Shown here one piece after another: positions 20,466-30,573 of a stretch of 64,000 bases of DNA. The stretch comes from Nitrospirota bacterium (GTDB lineage: Bacteria > Nitrospirota > UBA9217). The position numbers were made by a program, and so were the translations under genes. Below the pieces are notes generated by a model that saw nothing but the letters and a program-made list of their open reading frames with translations, was not told the DNA's origin and did not search any database. How positions within the stretch are numbered: the stretch's first letter is position 1; every line of letters starts with the position of its first letter. The stretch spans positions 96,001 to 160,000 of the forward strand of contig CAWFSF010000002.1 in the NCBI GenBank assembly GCA_963818475.1, read 5' to 3'.

Positions 20466-22167
20466 GAAGTTCTCCTGTCAGACGCTCGACCGTGAACGGC
20501 CTGCCGTCGAACTTGTTGATCTGCGCTCCGAACTCATACCCGGTCTCGACCTTCATCAGCCGCGCGAACTGGCCGGTTGCGTTCTGCTCGATACAGATCG
20601 TATGCTCTGCTTTTTCGAGGTACGCAATGTAGTCGAACTCGTCCCGCAGCGGGAACGGAAACAGCTCGCTGAAATGGAGCATGGCAATGCTGTAGGACCG
20701 GGCCAGGACATCGACCGCCTCCCGCATCAGGCCGTACATCGACCCCCAGCCAACGATAACGATGGCGGGATCGGGCTCTCCGTAGAGGAAGGGCGGGCTT
20801 ATCTCGGACTGAATGAGCGGCAGCTTCCGGAAGAGCCTCTTTTCCACCATGGCGTTCCTGGTCGCTGCATCCTCGATGATATGTCCTGCTTCGTCATGTT
20901 CGTCGCTGTCCGTAACAACAAGATGTTCGGCATCACCCGGCACCCCAAGCGGGGAAATGCCGGTTTCGGTTAATGCATGCCGCTGGTATCCGGAAAGGCC
21001 CTTGAACGCTTCTCCGCGCAGCCGGTGATCGGTAGAATTTAGCGTGCTCAGATCAAGACCGTCAAGGGTCCACTGGGAATCCGAGAGGTAGGTATCAAAA
21101 AGAATGAACGAGGGGATCTGATATTTCTCCGCCAGCTCAAAGGCCTTGTTCGTAAGCGCAACGGCCTGACGCGGTGAGCCCGGCGCAAAGACGACCCGCG
21201 GGAACTCGCCGTGGCCTGCTGCGAGCACCATGGAAAGGTCGCCCTGCTCGGTCCGCGTAGGCAGGCCGGTCGCCGGGCCGGGCCGCTGGCCCAGGGCGAT
21301 CACGATCGGCGTCTCGGTCATTCCGGCAAGCGAGACCCCTTCGACCATCAGGGCAAAACCGCCGCCGGACGTCCCGGTCATGGCCCGCACGCCGGCAAAG
21401 GAGGCGCCCAGCGCCATGTTGATCGCCGCGATCTCGTCCTCGGCCTGCTCCACCACGATGCCGTATTCCTTTTCCTTGGATGCCAGGTAGTTCATGATCC
21501 CCGTCGAGGGGGTCATGGGATAGGCAGCATAGAACTTGCAGCCCGAGGCCAGGGCGCCGAACGCAATGGACTCGACGCCTCCCATGAGCAGCTTCTGCTC
21601 TGCACCCGGCGTGACGGAGAAGGAGCAGGGAGTACAGTGCTTGAGCGCAAAGTCGTACCCTGTCAGCGCCGCATTCCTGTTCGCCTCGATGACGGCCTCA
21701 CCCTTTTTAACAAATGTGTCGGTTATGATTTCGAACAGCCGGGTGAGCTCCATTCCGAGCATGCCGAGCACGGCGCCGATCGCGACCGTGTTCGCCATGA
21801 TCGCGGTGCCGCCGCTCTTAGCCGCCAGGTCAGTGAAGGGAATGTCGAGGAAGAGCTTTTTTTCAGGCTTTAGTTTGAGCGTCGCAAGATCACCGATGAT
21901 CCTTCCGTTCTCCCTGAGCTCGGCTTCGTGCAGCGTGATGCTTTCCCGGTCGAGCGCGACAATGATATCGACCTGGTCCCGCGGCGCCGAAACCGGCAGA
22001 TCGGACAGCCTGATCTGGTAGAAGTTATGGCCGCCGCGGATGCGCGACTCATAGTCCTGGTGGCTGAAGACATGATAGCCCGTGCGCGAGAAGACCCTGG
22101 CAAGGGTATCGCCGATGGTCTGAATGCCCTGCCCCGCCTCGCCGCCTATTTTGATCGAATAGTCCAT
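20443..22167 (-). CDS. 2-oxoacid:ferredoxin oxidoreductase alpha subunit
   Basis: GGEAGQG, ESRIRGGH, YPMTPS, QAEDEIAA, TSGGG and RPGPATGLPT motifs. Confidence 0.95.
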   Translation of the reverse strand: MDYSIKIGGEAGQGIQTIGDTLARVFSRTGYHVFSHQDYESRIRGGHNFYQIRLSDLPVSAPRDQVDIIVALDRESITLHEAELRENGRIIGDLATLKLKPEKKLFLDIPFTDLAAKSGGTAIMANTVAIGAVLGMLGMELTRLFEIITDTFVKKGEAVIEANRNAALTGYDFALKHCTPCSFSVTPGAEQKLLMGGVESIAFGALASGCKFYAAYPMTPSTGIMNYLASKEKEYGIVVEQAEDEIAAINMALGASFAGVRAMTGTSGGGFALMVEGVSLAGMTETPIVIALGQRPGPATGLPTRTEQGDLSMVLAAGHGEFPRVVFAPGSPRQAVALTNKAFELAEKYQIPSFILFDTYLSDSQWTLDGLDLSTLNSTDHRLRGEAFKGLSGYQRHALTETGISPLGVPGDAEHLVVTDSDEHDEAGHIIEDAATRNAMVEKRLFRKLPLIQSEISPPFLYGEPDPAIVIVGWGSMYGLMREAVDVLARSYSIAMLHFSELFPFPLRDEFDYIAYLEKAEHTICIEQNATGQFARLMKVETGYEFGAQINKFDGRPFTVERLTGELHEHLRNV

Positions 22168-22219
22168 GGTCGCCGCTCCGTAAAGTCCTTTGTTTTCGTG
22201 GGGCTCCTCCGGTTTGTGG

Positions 22220-22555
22220 TTATTTCATGTCCTCAATCGAAATGTCCTTTGCTTCCAAAAGCTGTGCAAGCAATAAGAAGCCGCCGCAGGGTGGCAAGGT
22301 GCTGTTTTCCATAAAGTCGCAGTCCTGTTCATGAAAGGGGCAGGCCATGCACACCGTGCGAACCAGAAGCTTTTCACCGGTCCTGTTCCGGGGTTGCTCC
22401 GCCCTCTTGCCGCCGACCGGAATTCCCTGCAACGCGAGCCGTTCGAGAACAAGATATCCCTGGCATGCAAGCTCCTCATTCTTGCCGGGCTTATAGTATG
22501 AGCAGAATCCCAAACATACCGTCTGCACGAGATCAGTTTTTTGATCCATATTCAT
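22220..22555 (-). CDS. Cys-rich hypothetical protein
   Basis: CxxxC-YYKPG...C...CxxC...C...PPCGG (7 Cys); divergent from the radical SAM gene. Start uncertain. Confidence 0.65.
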   Translation of the reverse strand: MNMDQKTDLVQTVCLGFCSYYKPGKNEELACQGYLVLERLALQGIPVGGKRAEQPRNRTGEKLLVRTVCMACPFHEQDCDFMENSTLPPCGGFLLLAQLLEAKDISIEDMK

Positions 22556-22680
22556 AAGCAAGTATAACAAGCTTCCGGATCAAATGCCATTTTTTTATGG
22601 CGTACTGCGGCCTGTCATGGCCGCATCCGCTAAGTTTTTTTGCCGAACACGGCAGCGACAGCGGTGGTATAATATGAGCA

Positions 22681-23823
22681 ATGAGGTGCTATCTTTCAAA
22701 ACGGGCGGTCATCAAATGGCTGGAGACCCCGTCGGTCTACCAGCTCGCAAAAGATGAGCTGCACGAGCTGGATCAGGATTCGTTCCAGTTCCTGCAGGAC
22801 TGCGCCGGCGAGGACGGATGCACCAGCCGTGACGGGGCCTTCATCGACTATTGTATCGACGAGGGGTTGCTCACGACAAACCAGGTCCAGCAGCAGCGCC
22901 CGCCCGTCGTCCCTTCGCCGACACCTTCCCTGCGCTATCTTGAGCTGCAGATCACGAATGCCTGCGATCTTCGGTGCCGTCACTGCTATATTGGAGACCA
23001 CAAGGCCGACGAGCTGCCTGCACCCCGGATCCGCACGATCCTGACCGAGTTCGAGCGAATGCAGGGGCTCCGCGTCATGATCACCGGCGGAGAGCCGGCT
23101 CTTCATTCAGGCTTTGACGAGATCAATAATATGCTTCCCGATTTCATGCTGCGCAAAGTGCTGTTCACCAACGGCGTGTCATTCAATAAGGAACGGCTTC
23201 GAACCCTGAAGGTTGACGAGATACAGGTCAGCATCGACGGACTCGGGAAAGCACATGACACTGTTCGGGGCGCCGGGACCTTCGAACGCTCGATGCAGAC
23301 GGTCAGACTGGCTCAGGATGCGGGGTTTGACGTCTCGATCGCGACCATGGTCCATACCGGCAACCTCGGCGACTTTGATGCCCTGGACTCGATGTTCAGA
23401 ACCATGGGGATCAAGGACTGGACCGTGGATGTGCCTTGCATCGCCGGACGTCTGGAGAAGAACGCCGGACTGCAGGTAAGCCCGGATGTGGGCGGGAAAT
23501 ACCTGGGATACGGCTATGGTGCTGGCCTGCACTCCTCGGACGCGGGGTACGGCTGCGGCCTGCACTTGATGGCTGTCATGGCGGACGGCACGGCGGCCAA
23601 GTGCAGCTTCTACGGCGAGCGCGGCGTCGGCAGTGTGGCAGAAGGCCTCGCCGCATGCTGGAGCAGGATCGCTCCGGTCCGCCTGGATGAGCTTTCCTGC
23701 AATTGTGAGTACCGCGAAGCCTGCCGGGGCGGGTGCCGGTACCGCGCCGAGCTCAGCGACGGTCCCCGCGGGAAAGACCGGTACCGCTGCAGGCTCTATG
23801 GTATACTGGATGAAAAGATCTGA
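22681..23823 (+). CDS. Radical SAM/SPASM domain protein (probable peptide maturase)
   Basis: CDLRCRHC, ITGGEP, VSIDG and the SPASM Cys set (CG...AKC...CNC...CRGGC...C); ~80-aa N-terminal extension. Confidence 0.9.
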   Translation: MRCYLSKRAVIKWLETPSVYQLAKDELHELDQDSFQFLQDCAGEDGCTSRDGAFIDYCIDEGLLTTNQVQQQRPPVVPSPTPSLRYLELQITNACDLRCRHCYIGDHKADELPAPRIRTILTEFERMQGLRVMITGGEPALHSGFDEINNMLPDFMLRKVLFTNGVSFNKERLRTLKVDEIQVSIDGLGKAHDTVRGAGTFERSMQTVRLAQDAGFDVSIATMVHTGNLGDFDALDSMFRTMGIKDWTVDVPCIAGRLEKNAGLQVSPDVGGKYLGYGYGAGLHSSDAGYGCGLHLMAVMADGTAAKCSFYGERGVGSVAEGLAACWSRIAPVRLDELSCNCEYREACRGGCRYRAELSDGPRGKDRYRCRLYGILDEKI

Positions 23824-23877
23824 TCGGGACAGCGACGTGCTTCACGATATCCTGTGTTGAAGAAAGGAGGTGCCTCC

Positions 23878-23940
23878 ATGACGATCAAGAAGGTCACCCG
23901 AAAAATGGCAACAACCTGCAAATGCAAAAGCTCCTGCTGA
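23878..23940 (+). CDS. 20-aa Cys-rich micro-peptide MTIKKVTRKMATTCKCKSSC, candidate radical SAM substrate (RiPP precursor)
   Basis: AAAGGAGGT Shine-Dalgarno 6 nt before ATG; same strand, 54 nt after the radical SAM stop; followed by a hairpin. Confidence 0.72.
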   Translation: MTIKKVTRKMATTCKCKSSC

Positions 23941-23963
23941 TCCGGCCGTTCGCGGTCTAACTG

Positions 23964-23992
23964 AGAGCCCGTGAAGAACGCCTTCCGGGCTC
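23964..23992 (+). terminator. Stem-loop after the micro-peptide
   Basis: AGAGCCCG...CGGGCTCT inverted repeat between convergent genes; weak U tract. Confidence 0.55.
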
Positions 23993-24015
23993 TGCAACTT
24001 TCCTACGCTGTCCGC

Positions 24016-25335
24016 TCAAGGCGCAAAACCATCCAACAATCTGATAAATTCATTTCTTGCCGCTTCACTGGTCAATATCCCCTCATGCGTCTCATTGAAC
24101 CCGTAGATCCTTGTCGCAGCAGACTGCAGTGAAGGAGGTAGCTGGCTTTTTAGAGTGACCACCCCGTCTCCGCTGTCTCCCATCTTTACCCTTGACTGAT
24201 CCTGATAGGTGAAAAAGAGATGGAAAGGCAGTTTTTTCGGGAACGGCTTCTGTCCCAGGTATATCAGGAAATCGCTGCCGGTCGCAATGTCGCGCCAGGC
24301 CGGGACCACTATCGGTGCATTTTCAACTCCGGTCCGGGCGGAATCATTGCCATCATAAGGTGTGGCAAAAGAGACATAGAGGGCAAGGGAGGCGGATTCT
24401 TCTTTCGCACTAAGCTTGTCGATCGCCGACCGTGCAACAAGCCCGCCCATGCTGTGGGCCGCCAGAACGGTCAGGTGTCTCTTTTTTTTCGAATTCGCCG
24501 CCAGGTTCTCGATGACTTGCGCGAGCAGTGCGCCAAGCTTGTCCAGCGGCAGTCCTGATGGATAATAAAAAAAGAAGGGCTGAAAACGGTTTCGGTCCAG
24601 CCCCTCGACCATGAATTTCCAGTCACGGGGAGTGCCGGAAATACCATGCACGAACAGAACGGTGGTCTTTCTGTTGTCATACTCCTCGAGTCCAAAAAAA
24701 AATCCCTGGATGTGGGCGATCAAAGCGGTCGGATTGTAAAGGCCTTCGGCGCCGAACCGGGGGTCGAAAAACTCATCGTCAAGCGAAGCATAGAGGTAGC
24801 CGGCGGGCCGTACTTTGACAGCGACACGGAATTCGGTCCTGCCCGGTTTTTCAAAATCCAGACCGAGGGATGGTCCGTCAACGATCGTTCCGTCCTTTGA
24901 ACCTTCCAGGCTTACGTTCGCTGTGGAGGACCCCACCAATTCATTTCGCTCGAAATCTCCATCGTGGTTCAGATCGGCAAAAATGTACAGCCTATACTCC
25001 CCCTTGGGGAGAAAGGCCATGTAGTAGTCTGCGGTATCTTTGAACTGAACCACCGCCACTTTTTCTTCCTGCCGGTACTGACTGCTGGTGGCGATGAGCA
25101 GCAGCGGCTCCCGCCGCTCACGGGGTTTGACGAGCGGACCCACGAGAACCAGCGAATCCTCGGGCGCAACCCTGTTCAGGACCGACATGGTCGGAAGCCT
25201 GTCAAAGGTTTTTTGCCAGTGCGCCTTGCGGGTATAGAATCCGAAGTAGCTGCAGCTGGACAGGATCAGGATGCAGGAAAAGAACACTGCAACGACAAGA
25301 ACATTTTTCATTAGTCTGGTAGTATTATGTTCCAT
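24016..25335 (-). CDS. Alpha/beta-hydrolase lipoprotein (lipase/PGAP1-like)
   Basis: LSSC lipobox, FVHG, AHSMGG elbow, DGVV, C-terminal His. Confidence 0.82.
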   Translation of the reverse strand: MEHNTTRLMKNVLVVAVFFSCILILSSCSYFGFYTRKAHWQKTFDRLPTMSVLNRVAPEDSLVLVGPLVKPRERREPLLLIATSSQYRQEEKVAVVQFKDTADYYMAFLPKGEYRLYIFADLNHDGDFERNELVGSSTANVSLEGSKDGTIVDGPSLGLDFEKPGRTEFRVAVKVRPAGYLYASLDDEFFDPRFGAEGLYNPTALIAHIQGFFFGLEEYDNRKTTVLFVHGISGTPRDWKFMVEGLDRNRFQPFFFYYPSGLPLDKLGALLAQVIENLAANSKKKRHLTVLAAHSMGGLVARSAIDKLSAKEESASLALYVSFATPYDGNDSARTGVENAPIVVPAWRDIATGSDFLIYLGQKPFPKKLPFHLFFTYQDQSRVKMGDSGDGVVTLKSQLPPSLQSAATRIYGFNETHEGILTSEAARNEFIRLLDGFAP

Positions 25336-25540
25336 GGCAGAATTATAGTAGATGTCCCGGTTAAGAGCAAGCAGGTCAGTCCCTTCGCGGGACCGGGTCT
25401 TTGGAGATGGTCGGTTTAAAAAATATATTTTTTATTTAGCCTCCCCGGATCCTGCTGCTACAACAATAAAAAAAGAGACCATCATCCGGTCTCTTTCTGC
25501 CCCTCACCGCAGGCCGTGATCGTTTCTCGTACCCGCCGTT

Positions 25541-25813
25541 TTATGCGGCCCTGTTCTTGAACGCCAGCCGCTCTTCAAAGTTTTTGATGAACTGAGCGAC
25601 CTGCACCCCAAGATAGACGCACTTGATATTATTCATGCACTCCTCGGCGTCTTTTTTTTCAATGAGGGTCTTCAGTTCCTCTCCCTCCCGCCTGAAGGTT
25701 ACAATGTATGCATTCTTAGCCGCCTCGAAATCAACTTCCGCAGAAAGACGATGTTCCCTGATCTCTGGATACATCTCCAGGATTTTCTCTTTTAATGCAG
25801 CATGGGTAAACAT
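25541..25813 (-). CDS. Conserved-looking hypothetical protein
   Basis: AAGGAGG RBS; 90-aa ORF co-oriented with the ferritin-like gene. Confidence 0.7.
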   Translation of the reverse strand: MFTHAALKEKILEMYPEIREHRLSAEVDFEAAKNAYIVTFRREGEELKTLIEKKDAEECMNNIKCVYLGVQVAQFIKNFEERLAFKNRAA

Positions 25814-25868
25814 AGACGCCTCCTTTTCCGGACCGCATTACGCCCTCTGCGGATCCCGGTCCGATCGG

Positions 25869-26357
25869 TCAACCGCCCTCGACGATGCCTCGTTCCTCCC
25901 ACATGAACCAGTTCCCTGTGTCGGAGAGGAACTGGTAGGTATTCGAGAAAATATCAAAGTGCTGCTCCTCCTCCCGGATCAGCCGTTCAAGCAAAGCTTT
26001 TTCTTTTTCCGTTTTTGTCTGGGAAAGCATCTTTTCGTAGACGGCCTTCCCCTCCCGCTCCATTTCCATGGCGATCTTGAATGCCTCAAGCTCATCGGTG
26101 GTCGCTTCGACTTTCTGCATCATTTCGTCTTTTAATGCCGCGAACACGGTTTTTACGTTGCTCAGCGGGCTCACCTCTTTATGCGTCACGCCAAGCCCCT
26201 TGATGGCCTGGGAGACCATATCCAGATGTCGCTTTTCGTCCTCGGTGATCATTTGGAACATTTTTTTGCCCACCGGATAACGAGTCTTCCGCGCAGCCTC
26301 GGTGTAGAACGATATTGCATCGGTCTCCATTTTCATCGCCAATTCAAGAGCATCCAT
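25869..26357 (-). CDS. Ferritin-like/rubrerythrin family protein
   Basis: Two E-x-FY...EExxH half-motifs (EDEKRH, EEEQH); AGGAGGAG RBS. Confidence 0.88.
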   Translation of the reverse strand: MDALELAMKMETDAISFYTEAARKTRYPVGKKMFQMITEDEKRHLDMVSQAIKGLGVTHKEVSPLSNVKTVFAALKDEMMQKVEATTDELEAFKIAMEMEREGKAVYEKMLSQTKTEKEKALLERLIREEEQHFDIFSNTYQFLSDTGNWFMWEERGIVEGG

Positions 26358-26541
26358 GGACTCCTCCTTTTTTTCCTTCGACCTGACATTCACCAGGCCT
26401 TCCTGGTGACGACTTGTTCTTTTTTAATGGTAAATCAATATAACATACCGGATAATTGCCATCCTGAATCAACCCTGCCTGTTATTAGTATAGCATAATT
26501 TCCTCTTACTACTTCGCCCCCAGGAACTTGCGAAGACACAA

Positions 26542-26572
26542 AAAGGGCGACGCATTGTTATGCATCGCCCTT
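26542..26572 (-). terminator. Intrinsic terminator after dnaJ
   Basis: AAGGGCGA...TCGCCCTT stem with an A tract on the + strand left side. Confidence 0.65.
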
Positions 26573-26598
26573 CATTTTCCTGTCCGGATTTATCGTAA

Positions 26599-27715
26599 CT
26601 ATTTTTTTTCCTTATCACCAAAGACTTCCTTGACCTTGTCGAAGAATCCCCTGGTGATCGGATGGGTATTATCTGCGCTGAGCCGTTCGAATTCCTGCAG
26701 CAGTTCCTTTTGCTTTAGACGTAAGTTTCGACGGGACCTCGACCGCGATCCTGCAGAGCTGTTCGCCTGCGCCGGAACCGCGCAAATGGGGAAATCCTTT
26801 GCCTCTGAGCCGGATAACATGTCCGGGCTGGGTGCCCGCCGTGATCTTGATCTTGGTAGCGCCGGTCAGCGTGGGCACCTCGATCTCGGCGCCGAGCGCC
26901 GCCTGCACAAAGCTCACCGGCACATCGCAGATGATGTCCTGCCCTTCCCGCTTGAAGATCGGGTGTTCCTCCACCGTAAGAGAGACATACAGATCACCCG
27001 GCGGCCCGCCATAGGTTCCGAGCTCCCCTTCTCCGGTCAAACGGATCGTATTGCCGGTCTCCACGCCTGCCGGGATCTTGATCTGAAGCATGCGTTCGCG
27101 CTCGATCCGTTTCCGGCCTTTGCATGCCGGGCAGGGGTCCGTGATTATCGTGCCCTCGCCGCCGCAGCGTGAGCAGGTACGGCTGATGCTGAAAAAACCC
27201 TGCTGGCTGCGGATCTGGCCCGCGCCCTGGCAAACCGTGCAGGTCACCGGTTTCGTGCCGGTTTTAGCACCGGTTCCCTCGCAGTCCGGGCAGCGTTCCC
27301 AGCGCGGGACCCGTATCTTGGTCGAGGTGCCGAAGGCCGCATCTTCAAAACTGATCCGGAGGTTGTACCGAAGATCGTCCCCGGCCGTTGCCCGCGAGCC
27401 GGTGCGTCCGCCGCCGAAGAATTCGCCGAAAATGTCGCCGAAGATGTCTCCCATGCCCATGCCTGCGCCGAATCCGCCCGGTCCGGCGCCCTGCGTTCCG
27501 GGCGCGACGCCGTACTGATCGTAATAGGCCCGTTTCTGAGGATCGGACAGTACCTCGTAGGCCGCACTGACCTCTTTAAAGGTGTCTTCGGATTGTTTGT
27601 CACCCGGGTTCTTGTCAGGATGATACTGATGCGCCAGCCGCCGGTAAGCGCGCTTGATCTCGGCATCCGTTGCATTACGGTGTACGCCGAACAGTTCGTA
27701 AAAGTCCTTCGCCAT
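26599..27715 (-). CDS. dnaJ: Chaperone DnaJ (frameshift near 26715)
   Basis: HPD J-domain, G/F region, four CxxCxGxG repeats; C-terminal GFFDKVKE lies in the adjacent frame. Confidence 0.95.
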
Positions 27716-27845
27716 AATATCCTTTAGTCCGGTGAACTCCGAGCCTCGTCGATTCAGATGCAGGCGCTCTCAGTGAGATTCCCGTGGTTCCCTGGACGCG
27801 TTACTCATATCCGGGCTGCTCTGAAAAGAGCGGTCCCTGCTTCCG

Positions 27846-27908
27846 CAAAAAGAGGATAGCGAACGTATCCGGGAAAACTTTTCACCCGTCCGGCGTCCGC
27901 TATCCTCT
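27846..27908 (-). terminator. Long-stem terminator-like hairpin between dnaK and dnaJ
   Basis: AGAGGATAGCG...CGCTATCCTCT followed by T5 on the - strand. Confidence 0.6.
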
Positions 27909-27927
27909 ATCAACATGTCCGTTGCAC

Positions 27928-29847
27928 TTACTTCTTGTCTTTGTCCACTTCTTCAAACTCGGCTTCCACCACTTTTTCTTCGGGTTTGCCGTCTCCGCCC
28001 GGAGCGCCGGCAGCGCCTGCTCCTGCCTGTCCCTGCGCTGCGGTCGTCTTGGAGTAGATCTCCTCTGCGATCTTATGCGAAGCCTTGGAAAGGGCCGCGA
28101 TGGCCTTCTTGATGGCCTCGATGTCCTGGCCGTCCTTGGCGGTCTTCGTCTGCTCGACCGCTGCCTGGATCTCCGCGCGCTCCTTGTCACTGAGCTTGGA
28201 GCCGTAATCCGTCAGCGATTTCTCGACGGAGTACACAAGGGTGTCAGCCTCGTTCCTCACTTCGGCGATCTCCCGCTTCTTCTTATCATCGGCCGCGGAA
28301 GCTTCGGCTTCCTTGACCGCCCGTTCTATGTCGTCCTTGCTCATGCCGCTCGATGCCGTGATCTTGATGGACTGCTCCTTGCCCGTGCCGAGGTCCTTGG
28401 CCATCACATGTACGATGCCGTTGGCATCGATGTCGAAGGTCACCTCGACCTGGGGGATGCCGCGGGGCGCCGGCGGGATGCCGACGAGTTCGAAGCGGCC
28501 CAGGGTCTTGTTGTCCCCTGCCATTTCGCGCTCGCCCTGGACCACGTGGATCGAGACCGCAGTCTGGTTGTCGGACGCCGTGGAGAAGACCTGGCTTTTC
28601 TTGGTCGGAATGGTCGTGTTCCGCTCGATGAGCCTGGTGGCCACGCCGCCCAGGGTCTCGATGCCCAGGGACAGCGGCGTCACGTCGAGGAGCAGCACGT
28701 CCTTGACCTGTCCGGTCAGCACGGCGCCCTGGATACCGGCGCCGATCGCGACGACCTCATCGGGGTTCACGCCGCGGTGCGGTTCCTTCTTGAAGAATTC
28801 CTTTACGATGGCGATCACCCGGGGCATGCGCGTCATGCCGCCCACGAGGACCGCTTCGTGGATCTGGTCCACGGTCTTGCCGCCGTCGGCAAGCGCCTTT
28901 TTGCACGGTTCGATGCTCTTCGTTACGAGATCGTCCACGAGCTGCTCGAACTTGGAACGGGGAAGCTTGTACAGCAAATGCTTCGGCCCGCTGGCATCGG
29001 CCGTGATGAAGGGCAGATTGATCTCGGTCTCTGCCACCGTGGAAAGCTCGATCTTGGCCTTTTCCGCCGCTTCCTTGAGCCGCTGGAGGGCCATCTTGTC
29101 CTTGCGGAGATCGATACCCTGGTCCTTCATGAACGAATCAGCAATCCAGTTGATGACCTTCTCATCGAAATCGTCGCCGCCCAGGAAGGTGTCGCCGTTG
29201 GTGGACTTAACTTCGAACACGCCTTCGCCGAGCTCCAGGATGGAGATGTCGAACGTGCCGCCGCCCAGGTCATAGACCGCGATGGTCTCGTCCTTTTTCT
29301 TGTCAAGCCCGTAGGCCAGCGCTGCCGCCGTCGGCTCGTTGATGATCCGGAGCACGTTCAGACCGGCGATCTTGCCCGCATCCTTCGTGGCCTGGCGCTG
29401 GGAGTCGTTGAAATAGGCCGGCACGGTGACGACCGCGTCGGTGACCTTTTCACCCAGGTAATCTTCGGCCGTCTGCCTCATTTTCTGGAGGATCATTGCC
29501 GAGATCTCGGCGGGGCTGTAAACCGTGCCGCGGACCTGTACATGCGCATCGCCGTTCGCCGCCTTCACGATCTTGTAGGGCAGATGCTTCATCGCTTCCT
29601 GGACCTCGGCGGAATCGAACTTTCTGCCGATAAGCCGCTTGATCGAGAAAATCGTGCTCTCGGGGTTCGTGATCGCCTGCCGCTTGGCGATCTGCCCCAC
29701 CAGCCGCTCGCCGCTTTCGGTGATGGCCACTACGGACGGGGTGGTCCTGCTCCCCTCGGAGTTCGGGATCACGACCGGCTCGCCGCCTTCCATGATCGCA
29801 ACGCACGAGTTGGTAGTTCCCAGATCTATTCCTATTACTTTTGCCAT
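27928..29847 (-). CDS. dnaK: Chaperone DnaK
   Basis: [17 protein letters not shown] and DLGGGTFD motifs. Confidence 0.98.
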   Translation of the reverse strand: MAKVIGIDLGTTNSCVAIMEGGEPVVIPNSEGSRTTPSVVAITESGERLVGQIAKRQAITNPESTIFSIKRLIGRKFDSAEVQEAMKHLPYKIVKAANGDAHVQVRGTVYSPAEISAMILQKMRQTAEDYLGEKVTDAVVTVPAYFNDSQRQATKDAGKIAGLNVLRIINEPTAAALAYGLDKKKDETIAVYDLGGGTFDISILELGEGVFEVKSTNGDTFLGGDDFDEKVINWIADSFMKDQGIDLRKDKMALQRLKEAAEKAKIELSTVAETEINLPFITADASGPKHLLYKLPRSKFEQLVDDLVTKSIEPCKKALADGGKTVDQIHEAVLVGGMTRMPRVIAIVKEFFKKEPHRGVNPDEVVAIGAGIQGAVLTGQVKDVLLLDVTPLSLGIETLGGVATRLIERNTTIPTKKSQVFSTASDNQTAVSIHVVQGEREMAGDNKTLGRFELVGIPPAPRGIPQVEVTFDIDANGIVHVMAKDLGTGKEQSIKITASSGMSKDDIERAVKEAEASAADDKKKREIAEVRNEADTLVYSVEKSLTDYGSKLSDKERAEIQAAVEQTKTAKDGQDIEAIKKAIAALSKASHKIAEEIYSKTTAAQGQAGAGAAGAPGGDGKPEEKVVEAEFEEVDKDKK

Positions 29848-29893
29848 GACAACCTCCTCACAATGTTGGGAGGATGAACGGATGTTCCTGTGC

Positions 29894-30573
29894 TCACCGC
29901 TGCATCCCCACGCTCTTACCTTTTATTTTTCCCCTGACATCTACTCGGACACCGGTTGCCCCTCGGACACACTGCTCCTGCGTTTCTTCCGTCGGCCTTT
30001 TGGACACGCCGACCTTTGCATGCCGCAGCACCTTGTCGTGATACAGATAGCCCTCATTCAGCACCTGTACCACCATGTTCGCCGGCACGTCGTCCCGCTC
30101 CACCTGCATCATGGCGTCATGCTTCGCCGGATCGAAGGGCTCGCCCTGCGACTCGAAGGACTTGATGCCGAACTTTTCAAGCACATCCCGCAGCTGCTTG
30201 TAGACGAGTTCCACTCCCTGCTGCAGTCCCTGAACGTTCTCCTCCGCCGCTCCGGCATGCTTGAGCGCCAGCCCCAGGTGGTCGATGACGGGCAGCAACT
30301 CCAGCGCAAGCTGTTCGTTCGCGTAGAGCCGAAAATCAGCCAGGTCGCGCTGCATGCGTTTGCGGTAATTATCAAAATCCGCGTAGGTTCTCAGGTATTT
30401 TTCATTCGCTTCAGCTGCTTCTTGTGTCTTCTGCGCAAGCGCCTGCATAAGCTCCTTCATGAGCTTTTCTGCTTCCGACGATGACGGCTGGAGAACGCCT
30501 TCACCCTCGCCTCGCCCTCGGGAGCCATCAGTTCTCCATCCTCCTTGCGGGCATCATCCCTGTGTTTCTTCAT
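29894..30573 (-). CDS. grpE: Nucleotide exchange factor GrpE (frameshifted near 30480)
   Basis: [23 protein letters not shown] and GY...VLRHAKVGV motifs; ATG at 30573 overlaps the hrcA stop. Confidence 0.9.

Noticed and set aside
23938-23963. Sec readthrough of the micro-peptide TGA
   Set aside because: The GGCCG-TTCG-CGGTC hairpin starts only 3 nt after the UGA, closer than a typical SECIS, and the extension has no supporting pattern. It cannot be excluded without homologues.
27784-29877. 697-aa + strand ORF, and similar long antisense ORFs (e.g. 15042..16571, 42734..44263, 48055..49179)
   Set aside because: Shadow ORFs opposite well-supported genes in high-GC DNA; antisense-to-dnaK ORFs are a known artefact.
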